A DNA stretch of 64,000 nucleotides from contig VMSV01000196.1 of the NCBI GenBank assembly GCA_013791935.1, positions 1,745 through 65,744 of the forward strand, in the 5' to 3' direction. This DNA is from Desulfobacteraceae bacterium. GTDB taxonomy: Bacteria; Desulfobacterota; Desulfobacteria; Desulfobacterales; UBA5616. The notes beneath the pieces were generated by a model that worked only from the letters and a program-made list of their open reading frames with translations, was not told where the DNA came from and did not search any database. The position numbers and the translations under genes were made by a program. Of this stretch, positions 28,349 through 36,949 are shown piece after piece; the stretch's first letter is position 1; every line of letters starts with the position of its first letter.

Positions 28349-29172
28349 ATCTTCCGTCCTGGCTCACCACACTGGTGAATAGGGGGGTGGTGGCACACTC
28401 GGCCGCGAACCCGAAAATACTGGCCGAATTGATTACCCTGGGAATCGTGGCCATCAAAACAGCCGGCATCCGCCGAACAGTCGTTGAAGCCAAACCGGAA
28501 CAGCTCCGCATATGGCTTGATGCCCGGTATCCGGATCACGGCAGGATCCCGAATGCGGCCCGTATCCGGGAGGGGAACATTCTACGCAGCGGCGGCAGCA
28601 AAGCCGGAAGCAGCGCCCACGGGGTGCTCTCGTTTCAGTTCAAGTGGTTCGGCAAGGAGGATGATTTATGGACACAAATGACCAGAACGTATGGGGTGGC
28701 GGCGGTTCTGACCGACCGGTTGGCGGTTCTCACGCTGTCGGCCAGGTGGCGCCTTTTAACCATTGAAAACTGGGAGCCTTTTTTCCGGGCGGATTATTCC
28801 GGAGCACCGGTTCCGGTCATGGTGGCCTACCTGGGCGGGAATGCACCCGGGAGCGTGATGGATGCGCTGAAAACATTTCCAACCCCGCCTGTATCGGTTC
28901 TTCATTTCGGAGATTACGATTGGGAGGGGCTGTATATCTTTCAGCGCCTGCAGAAGGTTCTGCCACAGGCCAGGCTTTATATCCCGGACAATATCGAGAC
29001 ACTTTTCAAACAGTTCGGCAAGCTGAATTTGATCGAAAATCAGAGGCGTAAAGCCTTGTTTGATGAAAATAACATGGAATGCCTTCCAGTGATAAAACTC
29101 ATCGAGCAGCACAACGCCGGTCTGGAGCAGGAAATCGTCGGATTGCCGGGGACGGCACATATCTCATCCTAA
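28345..29172 (+). CDS. jetD: Toprim nuclease (JetD/MksG, topo VI-A-like)
   Basis: LTIEN, HFGDYDWEGLYI, GLEQE; ATGA overlap with SMC gene. Confidence 0.85.
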   Translation: MNLPSWLTTLVNRGVVAHSAANPKILAELITLGIVAIKTAGIRRTVVEAKPEQLRIWLDARYPDHGRIPNAARIREGNILRSGGSKAGSSAHGVLSFQFKWFGKEDDLWTQMTRTYGVAAVLTDRLAVLTLSARWRLLTIENWEPFFRADYSGAPVPVMVAYLGGNAPGSVMDALKTFPTPPVSVLHFGDYDWEGLYIFQRLQKVLPQARLYIPDNIETLFKQFGKLNLIENQRRKALFDENNMECLPVIKLIEQHNAGLEQEIVGLPGTAHISS

Positions 29173-29359
29173 AACATGAAAATGGCGCTGCGGAGTGTAG
29201 CGCCCCAGGCCTTGGTCCATGACCGGATCATGCCCTTCAGAGACATAAATTCCACGGAAAACAGGATCTGCGGAGGTTCACCCCCCGGGTCTTTTGTACC
29301 TAAATTGTGCCCATGAGCTATTTCAGAAGGGTGAGAACTACACCCGCGAAGGAAAGTGA

Positions 29360-30844
29360 ATGCATCCATTTGTTATCGAAGAAGCAACGATTGCCCAAGT
29401 ACATCAGCGCATGAAAGACGGCACCTTGACGTGCCGTAAGCTCGTAGAAAATTATTTAGCCCGGATTGAAGCCTATGATCAACAAGGGCCCAAACTGAAT
29501 TCAGTGATTTCTATCAATCCGAAAGCCTTGGATGAAGCAGAGGCCTTGGATCGGAATTGTATCGCGCGGGGTCTATCCGGTCCTTTGCACGGGATTCCGG
29601 TCTTGCTCAAAGACAATATCAATACCCATGATATGCCGACAACCGGAGGGTCGTTGAGCTTGGAGGGCTTTACTCCGGAGCAGGATGCCTTTATCACACG
29701 CAAGTTTAGAGAGTCCGGCGCTTTAATCTTAGCCAAAGCAAACCTCCATGAATTTGCCATCTGGGGCGAGACCATCAGTTCCATTTTGGGACAAACATTG
29801 AATCCTTACGATCAGACCCGCACACCCGGCGGCTCCAGCGGCGGAACCGGAGCTGCCATAGCCGCGAACTTCGGCCTGGTCGGCATCGGAACAGATACGG
29901 TCAATTCCATTCGTTCGCCTGCATCCGCGAATAATCTGGTGGGGATTCGTCCAACCATCGGGCTGGTGAGCCGTGATGGCATCCTTCCTTATTCCTTTAC
30001 CCAGGACACGGCCGGACCCATTTGCAGAACGGTTGAAGATGCGGTGCGCGTGCTGGACGTGATTGCGGGCTATGATCCGGCCGATGACCAAACCGCCTGG
30101 TCGATCGGCCGCAAGCCGACATCTTATGGTGCGTTTTTAAAAGAGAGTGGGCTCAAAGACAAGCGCCTTGGGGTACTGGAAAGCTTTTTTGGCACAGACG
30201 CCATCCATAATGAAACGAATAAAGCTGTAAAAAGAAGCATTGAAGCCATGAAAGACCAAGGCGCAGAGATCGTATCTTTAAATGAAACGATTGATTCCGG
30301 CTATCTTGTAGATGAAGTCAGTGTTCACACGCATGAGCTTAAAGATCATTTGAACGTCTATCTGGGAGCTCTTCCGGATCATGCTTCCGTCCATTCTGTC
30401 GAAGAAGTTCTGGCCTCAGGTAAATACCATCCGGGCATCGAAGAAAACCTGAAGCAGGCAATGGCCTTAAGCACAGGGACCCCGGAATACAACCAACGGC
30501 TGGCCGAAAGAAGCAGGCTTCAAACCCGGATTATGAAACTGATGGCCGATGGCCGGCTGGATGCACTGGTTTATCCCCATCAAAAGCAGCTGGTCTGTGG
30601 AGTGGGGAGGAGCCAAAAGGAACGCAATGGGGTTTTGGGATCCGTGACGGGATTTCCCGCAATCTGCGTTCAAGCTGGCTTTTCAACGCCTACCGCAACG
30701 GCACCAATCGGGGTACCCATCGGCATGGAGATCTTGGGGCGGCCTTTCAGCGAGGCCACGCTGATCGAAATTGCCTATGGTTTTGAACAGGCAACCCATC
30801 ACCGCAAGCCGCCGTTCAGCGCTCCGCCGCTTAGGGTTTACTAA
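29360..30844 (+). CDS. Amidase signature family protein
   Basis: GPLHGIPVLLKDN, GGSSGGT, GTDTVNSIRSPAS. Confidence 0.93.
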   Translation: MHPFVIEEATIAQVHQRMKDGTLTCRKLVENYLARIEAYDQQGPKLNSVISINPKALDEAEALDRNCIARGLSGPLHGIPVLLKDNINTHDMPTTGGSLSLEGFTPEQDAFITRKFRESGALILAKANLHEFAIWGETISSILGQTLNPYDQTRTPGGSSGGTGAAIAANFGLVGIGTDTVNSIRSPASANNLVGIRPTIGLVSRDGILPYSFTQDTAGPICRTVEDAVRVLDVIAGYDPADDQTAWSIGRKPTSYGAFLKESGLKDKRLGVLESFFGTDAIHNETNKAVKRSIEAMKDQGAEIVSLNETIDSGYLVDEVSVHTHELKDHLNVYLGALPDHASVHSVEEVLASGKYHPGIEENLKQAMALSTGTPEYNQRLAERSRLQTRIMKLMADGRLDALVYPHQKQLVCGVGRSQKERNGVLGSVTGFPAICVQAGFSTPTATAPIGVPIGMEILGRPFSEATLIEIAYGFEQATHHRKPPFSAPPLRVY

Positions 30845-30969
30845 AAGATAAATTCACAATTTTAGACATTGCGGCACCCGGCCGGAAAGGCGCGAAAACG
30901 AAGGGATATGGGGATATTCCGAGCTTTCGAGATATAGGGGAAAAAGCACGTAAGAAAATTACAGAATGA

Positions 30970-31743
30970 TCATTTTTGATTGTGATACAACCAGCCATCC
31001 TGCTCAGCTTTTCTTCGATATTTAAATCCATTCTTCAATAGCTTTAGACTTAGTGCTTGGTAAAACCTATTCCTTAAGGAGTTGTTTTTATTTGGGGGTA
31101 ATGTGCTCTTGTGAACGAGACTTTCGACCTCAGGAGTCATCTGAAGTTCGCCAGAAAACTGATGGACAATATCAGCAAAGGCAATGGCTTCTTGGTCCAA
31201 GTCATGAAAAATTCCAACTCTTTTGTTATTATCAAAGTAATCTAAATTTCCGCCTGGCACTTCCCCGAACATAGTAAATCCAGTCAAAAATAGTTTTTCC
31301 AATGGAAAAAGCCTTAATATAGTATACAAAGCGTATGTCCCCGTCGTGAACCATCTCGTCCTAATACCTGATGTAATGCCAAAAATATCAGGCGCCAAAG
31401 AAATCACGTAAGGAATATCACCAATCCATTCTTTTAATTTACCAAGGTCAAGATCTCTTTTGGGTTGTACAAAGACAACAATACATTTTGGCTGCAATGC
31501 TTCTGATGGAAGGGGGGACCTTTCAATACAGTTAATGTCATTTGAAAATAACACATCGGTTTTACTGCCTATATTTTCTTCAAATCCTTTTGTGTAGGCT
31601 CTATTAAAGCGAACCACCATATCGTGGGAGTCAATTGTCCGACCGTTATTCCAAGAGGTGATCGAGGAAGAATTTCCGACAAAGGCAGCAGAACGAACAT
31701 GCGAAAACATGTCACGAAAATCAAAAATATCTATTTTCTCCAT
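30970..31743 (-). CDS. GT29 sialyltransferase-like glycosyltransferase
   Basis: Sialylmotif L (VGNS...IDSHDMVVRFN...GSKT), S (TTG...TGF), III (Y) and VS (HDLDQE). Confidence 0.85.
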   Translation of the reverse strand: MEKIDIFDFRDMFSHVRSAAFVGNSSSITSWNNGRTIDSHDMVVRFNRAYTKGFEENIGSKTDVLFSNDINCIERSPLPSEALQPKCIVVFVQPKRDLDLGKLKEWIGDIPYVISLAPDIFGITSGIRTRWFTTGTYALYTILRLFPLEKLFLTGFTMFGEVPGGNLDYFDNNKRVGIFHDLDQEAIAFADIVHQFSGELQMTPEVESLVHKSTLPPNKNNSLRNRFYQALSLKLLKNGFKYRRKAEQDGWLYHNQK

Positions 31744-31818
31744 TATTAGCTTTCATCTTTTAAAAACAGTTCTTGTCTGCAAATGTGGTTTTAAGTGACT
31801 GCTCTTTTGTTGTCCCCT

Positions 31819-32517
31819 CTAACAACTGACTGTTATGGGTCTGAGTTCGGGGAGACCGTCCATGATTGCATATTTCAAAATAAAGTCAAAACGATCGACA
31901 TCTGTACAAAAATCAAAATCCGCCTCCGATGCCCAGTGGATATCAGAATCAAAAAATTTTTTGGCATCCGGTGAAATACGGAGTCTTGCCCTGATTTCGA
32001 CCCGACTCATGCGCTCTCCGTTGAGCGCCCGGCATATATATTCGGCACACAGTGTATCCTCATCTGAAGGGCGTATATCTCTGTGGCCCATACACATCAG
32101 AGAAACACTATCCGGGTTCTGTTTCTGGATATAGCGGACAATTGCCCCTGCATTGCAGAAACTACCACTAACAAGCTCTGATGCTCCGACTGCTGCCTGA
32201 AAACCCTGCGTACCGGCACTGGTCGTGAAAACAACCGTTCTGCCCTTAAGGTCCAGTTCTATCGCCTTTGAAGGTGAATTGCCAAAATCCGCTTCAGGTA
32301 GTTTTTCTCCAGCCCGCTCTCCTGCAAAAAAGAAATCGGGATTGTGTTGTTTTAGATCATACGCTTTTCCTGCATCTGCCAATGGAATCAATCTTTTTGC
32401 ACCTCTCTCAATAAAGCAGCAAGCTGTTGTGAAAGCTCGAAACACATCAATAATCACCGTCAAACCCTCAGCCTTCACTCCCTCCCGGCTCTGCTGCAAG
32501 ATGCGAATATCAAACAT
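31819..32517 (-). CDS. comB: 2-phosphosulfolactate phosphatase family
   Basis: VIIDVFRAFTT, AGER.G, DFGNSP, TTSAGT, EDTLCA. Confidence 0.9.
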   Translation of the reverse strand: MFDIRILQQSREGVKAEGLTVIIDVFRAFTTACCFIERGAKRLIPLADAGKAYDLKQHNPDFFFAGERAGEKLPEADFGNSPSKAIELDLKGRTVVFTTSAGTQGFQAAVGASELVSGSFCNAGAIVRYIQKQNPDSVSLMCMGHRDIRPSDEDTLCAEYICRALNGERMSRVEIRARLRISPDAKKFFDSDIHWASEADFDFCTDVDRFDFILKYAIMDGLPELRPITVSC

Positions 32518-33415
32518 GCGTTGTCTGCCTCAGCTCTGGGGCATAACGGCTGATGGTCTCTAGAACACAAACCATTTGCCTGACACGTTCCTCGATCTCA
32601 TTCTGACTCGGGAGATGATTCTGATGACCTTGTGAAACTGCACCACATTTGAGATATACCGGAGCACATAGACGGATAATCTCCGGAATTTGTGGTGTAC
32701 GAATCATGCCACCTGCATCAGCAGCAGTATCCGAGAAGATATCCAGTGTGCAGGACACCGCTTGTCTAACAGCCGACAGCATCGGTAACTCCAGATCTGG
32801 AACCAGATTAATGCTGTCCGCCCCCACCTCTGAAAACAGGGCCGCCGCAGCCGGATTAGCACAACCGCTATGCACTGAAAGTTTGAGCCGGATGTCCCCG
32901 GGAAGCTCACCCTTATTTCTCAGTTTGCTGATCACTGAAAGCAGTCCTTCATCATAAACTAGAAAATCCCTAACCCCGAGTTCCACCCCCTTGATCACAT
33001 CATCCAGAGCGTACATAACGTTATCCATGCCCCTGAGCCGGTAACCCACCCGAACACCGTTCTTGGCTCTTACGAAGCCACCCGTGTCATAAACCGCACG
33101 GGGGCCAATGGAGAACACCGGTGCAATGTTCCGCTCGCGACAAAGCACTACCATTTCAGAAATTTCTTTTTCCGGGAGTCGGAAAATTCCGCGGCACTCA
33201 TCTACTCGATTAACGCGTACCCCTGCGGCATCCGTCAAAGTCAACACAGTTTCAAGTATCTTTAAATTATTGATACTTGAAAGCTCTATACCAAAAGCGC
33301 CCCCGTCCGGAAAGCTAAGTTGTGAAGATGGCAACCCGTAATTATCTCGACCTGGCAGAGATATCGTTTCCAACAATTCATGTGATCGCAGCATGCTCCA
33401 ATTCCTTCCATCCAA
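32510..33415 (-). CDS. U32-peptidase-like TIM-barrel protein of unknown function (start may be 33394)
   Basis: SFPDGG...GPRA.YD.G...RLRG...DEGLL...KLSVH...GADSIN...PVYLKCG, resembles divergent U32-annotated family. Confidence 0.65.
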   Translation of the reverse strand: MDGRNWSMLRSHELLETISLPGRDNYGLPSSQLSFPDGGAFGIELSSINNLKILETVLTLTDAAGVRVNRVDECRGIFRLPEKEISEMVVLCRERNIAPVFSIGPRAVYDTGGFVRAKNGVRVGYRLRGMDNVMYALDDVIKGVELGVRDFLVYDEGLLSVISKLRNKGELPGDIRLKLSVHSGCANPAAAALFSEVGADSINLVPDLELPMLSAVRQAVSCTLDIFSDTAADAGGMIRTPQIPEIIRLCAPVYLKCGAVSQGHQNHLPSQNEIEERVRQMVCVLETISRYAPELRQTTHV

Positions 33416-34109
33416 TTTTCTTGAGAAGATACTCGGTCATACAGATGTCCTCAAGGGAGTGCACATCCCCGCCAGAAACATTCTCAATATACAGAATCTT
33501 GTTCCCAAGGTAGGAAAACGGTGGTTGTCCGTTGGGCGGGAAACAATGGTTGTAACGTATTACCCTTACTGCGCCGTCCAAAACAAAACAGGGCTCCAGA
33601 TTTTGCCTGTTGGTAGATGTGTTTTCTGGCATCTCCAGCCAAGTGGATAGTGTGCCGTTGGATGTGATTTTCTTGGTCCGGTACGGGTGGATGGAATGAT
33701 CAATATAGCCGCTCACACAAGAATCTGCTTCTGGCGCACCAGCGAGTTTCTCTATCGCTTCATCGACTATGCCCTGCCTGTGCACTCCGCAATTGCAGTG
33801 CATGGTGATCAAAAAATTAATCTCGCAACCGATACTCTCAACCGCATGATTAATCGCATCAACAAGTTCTGAGCTGTCCTGAGCCAGAGCATGAGGGCGG
33901 TCAATAATACATACACCCATTTCTCGGGCTACACGTTTTATATCCTCACAATCCGTGGAAACATAAACATCATCAATAAGCGTCGCCTCTTTTGCAGCAT
34001 GCATGGCGTAGTAGACAAGAGGCCGCCCCAAGACCGGATAAACATTCTTGCCTTTCACAGATTTGCTTCCACCTCTTCCGGTAAGCAACACAATATTTTT
34101 TCCACTCAT
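33378..34109 (-). CDS. Acylneuraminate cytidylyltransferase (NeuA/KdsB-like)
   Basis: GRGGSKSVKGKN, VSTD, IDRP..LAQD, RQNL, DVHSLED. Confidence 0.9.
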   Translation of the reverse strand: MSGKNIVLLTGRGGSKSVKGKNVYPVLGRPLVYYAMHAAKEATLIDDVYVSTDCEDIKRVAREMGVCIIDRPHALAQDSSELVDAINHAVESIGCEINFLITMHCNCGVHRQGIVDEAIEKLAGAPEADSCVSGYIDHSIHPYRTKKITSNGTLSTWLEMPENTSTNRQNLEPCFVLDGAVRVIRYNHCFPPNGQPPFSYLGNKILYIENVSGGDVHSLEDICMTEYLLKKIGWKELEHAAIT

Positions 34110-34722
34110 ATTTAATCACTCCATTCTTATTACAGCGAGGTAATGCGGCTCTAATCATCGCATGGTCAGCACCCTTATCCTTGGTCCATATATGCCGGCC
34201 TGGCTTAATGACGCGGACCTTTAAAAAGCAGTCCGTGATGTGTTCAGCCAGGCAGCTCGGGAGTGATTTTCAAACATGCTGATGCCAGCTGTCTTCCAGC
34301 CTGTGAACAGCTTTCTCTCTTCGCACAGCGCTTGTTCTACTTGTCTCCGTTATTGCTTTTACAAGTCATCTCAAAAATAATATCATCACCCCATGGCGGG
34401 GTTGTGACCCTTTTCCAAAGACTCAGGATGGTTTTTTTATGATTACCTGATTCTTTAGGAAAATCCAACCTATTTTAGTGGCCATCCTGAATGGGGAGAA
34501 AAGCGAGAGCCTCTATGATTTAACTCTGCGCTGAACTTTCTTCACCCAATCCAATATCCCAACTTCGCTTTGCCTGGCACGTGTCCATAAAATAATTTAA
34601 AAATAATTGATTTGTTGAGGAAAAATGGTGTAAAAACAGAATCAACTCACTTCAAAATCGACCTGTCAAGAAGTAGTCATAAAGGACGCTCAACAACCGA
34701 TTGTTCTTAAGGACGCCTCAAT

Positions 34723-35091
34723 ATGAATAAAAACGAATTGAAAAAACAATATGCCCAAACCGTCCAACCCATGGGGGTTTACCAGGTCATCAACAAGGCC
34801 AATGGAAAAGTGTTCATAGACAGCAGCCTGGGTATTCAAGGGAAAATGAACCGGTGCAAGTTCCAGCTTGCCCATGGGTCCCATATGAACAAGACCCTCC
34901 AGAAGGATTTTAATCTGAGCGGCCTGGAAAATTTTTCATTTGAGGTATTGGACCTTCTGGAACCTGAAAAAGATTTGAAAACGGATTACAGAGAGGATCT
35001 GAAAATGCTTGAAGCCATGTGGATTGAGAAAATCCAGCCCTTTGATGAAAAAGGATACAATGACCGAAAACAAATGAAGCTGAAACCATGA
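34723..35091 (+). CDS. Small GIY-YIG-like family protein
   Basis: MGVYQVIN...KVFI.SS...H.N..LQ.DFN...F.FEVL. Confidence 0.75.
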   Translation: MNKNELKKQYAQTVQPMGVYQVINKANGKVFIDSSLGIQGKMNRCKFQLAHGSHMNKTLQKDFNLSGLENFSFEVLDLLEPEKDLKTDYREDLKMLEAMWIEKIQPFDEKGYNDRKQMKLKP

Positions 35092-35678
35092 AAATATCCG
35101 TGATTTTGGCCCATCCCGATCCTGGGAGCTTCAACCATGCCATGGCAGTTGCGGCTTTAGAAACATTGCATCACAACCGGCATGAGGTTTTATTTCATGA
35201 TTTGTATGCTGAAAAATTTGATCCCCTGCTTCCGGTTTGGGAAATCTCCAAGGACGCTTCCCTGCCGCCGTCAATTGCCCGGCATTGCCAAGAGATTTCC
35301 GAGGTGGACGGAATTATTATCATTCATCCCAACTGGTGGGGACAGCCTCCGGCCATTTTAAAAGGTTGGGTGGACCGGGTGATTCGACCGGGCGTGGCCT
35401 ATGAATTCCTGGAAGAGGACAACGGAGAAGGGGTCCCCAACGGGTTGTTGAAAGCAAAAGCAGCCCTGGTTTTCAACACCTCCAATACGGAAGCCCGAAG
35501 GGAAAAGGAGGTTTTTGGTGATCCCCTGGAAACCCTTTGGAAAAACTGCATCTTCGGCCTGTGCGGGATTCCTGCCTTTCATCGAACCATGTTCGGGGTT
35601 ATGGTCGTTAGCTCTGATCAGCAGCGCAAAGCGTGGCTGGAGCAAGTCCGGCAAACCGTGCAGGACCATTTCCCGTAA
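35088..35678 (+). CDS. Flavodoxin-fold NAD(P)H:quinone oxidoreductase
   Basis: AHPDPGSFN, PNWWGQPPAILKGWVDRV. Confidence 0.92.
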   Translation: MKISVILAHPDPGSFNHAMAVAALETLHHNRHEVLFHDLYAEKFDPLLPVWEISKDASLPPSIARHCQEISEVDGIIIIHPNWWGQPPAILKGWVDRVIRPGVAYEFLEEDNGEGVPNGLLKAKAALVFNTSNTEARREKEVFGDPLETLWKNCIFGLCGIPAFHRTMFGVMVVSSDQQRKAWLEQVRQTVQDHFP

Positions 35679-35698
35679 TAAAGAAAGGAATCTTCCCC

Positions 35699-36949
35699 AT
35701 GTTTGATTTTATGATGACCGAGGACCAGAAAAAGCTTCGGGATGAGGCCAGGGCCTTTACCAACTGGGTGCCCCGTGAATTGATTTTGGACATGGATGCG
35801 GAAAAGATCCAGTTCCCCCATGAATATCTTAAGGAAGCCGGAAAAAGAAATCTCCTGGGCCTGCGAATTCCAAAAGCGTATGGGGGCAGGGGGCTGGGCT
35901 GGGTTGAAAATGGCATTGCCGCGGAAGAAATCGGAGTGGCGAGCTATTCCCTGGCCTGTCTCTGGGGGGTGGGGGCGGATATTGTCTGCGATGCTATTGT
36001 TCAGTTTGGTACCGAGGAATTGAAGCAAGAAATCGTGGTGCCTCTGCTGAAGGGAGAAGTCTACGCCGCCGAGGGGTTGACCGAACCCAGAGGCGGGTCG
36101 GATTTTTTCGGTACCACCACCCGAGCGGTGAAATCCGGGGACGATTGGGTGTTGAACGGGCAAAAACGGTTTATTGTGGGAGCGGAAGGGGCCGACTGGT
36201 TTTTGATCTATGCGGCAACCCGCCCGGATGGTCCCCCCCATGAGCGGCTTTCCGCTTTCATGGTGCCCAGAACGGCCAAGGGACTTGAAACCAAATATAT
36301 CTATGGCCTTATGGGAGTCCGGGGCGGGGGAGCGGGACGTTTATTGTTAACGGATGTGCACGTGCCGGAGCGGTTTGTTTTAAACGGCATCCATGGCGGA
36401 GCCGAGGTGTTCCAGCGCATGATGATTCCCGAGCGGCTGGGAACCGCGGCCATGACCCTGGGATCCGTAAGACCCGCAGTGGAGATTGCCACCCGGTATG
36501 CCTCCCGGCGAAAAGCCTTTGGGCAAAAGATCATGAATTTCCAGGCCGTGGGGTTTAAAATTGCGGATTGCGTCACCCTGATGGACACGGCCCGGTCCCT
36601 GGTTTACAGCACCTGTCTTGCCATTGACTCCGGAACCGTGGATGCCGGCAGGATTCGAAGAATGATTTCCCAGTCCAAGAAAGTATCCAGCGAGGCCGCC
36701 TGGGAGGTGATCAATAAATGCATGCAGGTGGTGGGAGGCATCGGATATACCAATGTTTATCCCCTGGAACGCATCCTTCGGGATATCCGCCTTTCCATGA
36801 TCTGGGTGGGAACCAATGAGATCATGCAGGTGATCATTCAAGCGGAATGGGTCAAGGAATACGAAAAAGTCCATGCCAAGGCCCCTGTCCGGGATGTTGA
36901 AAATGATGCTCCCAATGCGTATGAAATTGAGGAAAAAATATATGAATAA
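35699..36949 (+). CDS. Acyl-CoA dehydrogenase
   Basis: LTEPRGGSD, LNGQKRFI, R.AFG..I..FQAV, GGIGY, GTNEI. Confidence 0.93.
   Translation: MFDFMMTEDQKKLRDEARAFTNWVPRELILDMDAEKIQFPHEYLKEAGKRNLLGLRIPKAYGGRGLGWVENGIAAEEIGVASYSLACLWGVGADIVCDAIVQFGTEELKQEIVVPLLKGEVYAAEGLTEPRGGSDFFGTTTRAVKSGDDWVLNGQKRFIVGAEGADWFLIYAATRPDGPPHERLSAFMVPRTAKGLETKYIYGLMGVRGGGAGRLLLTDVHVPERFVLNGIHGGAEVFQRMMIPERLGTAAMTLGSVRPAVEIATRYASRRKAFGQKIMNFQAVGFKIADCVTLMDTARSLVYSTCLAIDSGTVDAGRIRRMISQSKKVSSEAAWEVINKCMQVVGGIGYTNVYPLERILRDIRLSMIWVGTNEIMQVIIQAEWVKEYEKVHAKAPVRDVENDAPNAYEIEEKIYE

Noticed and set aside
31819-32517. Coenzyme M biosynthesis cluster
   Set aside because: No recognisable comA, comC or comDE; neighbours are sugar activation and transfer genes.
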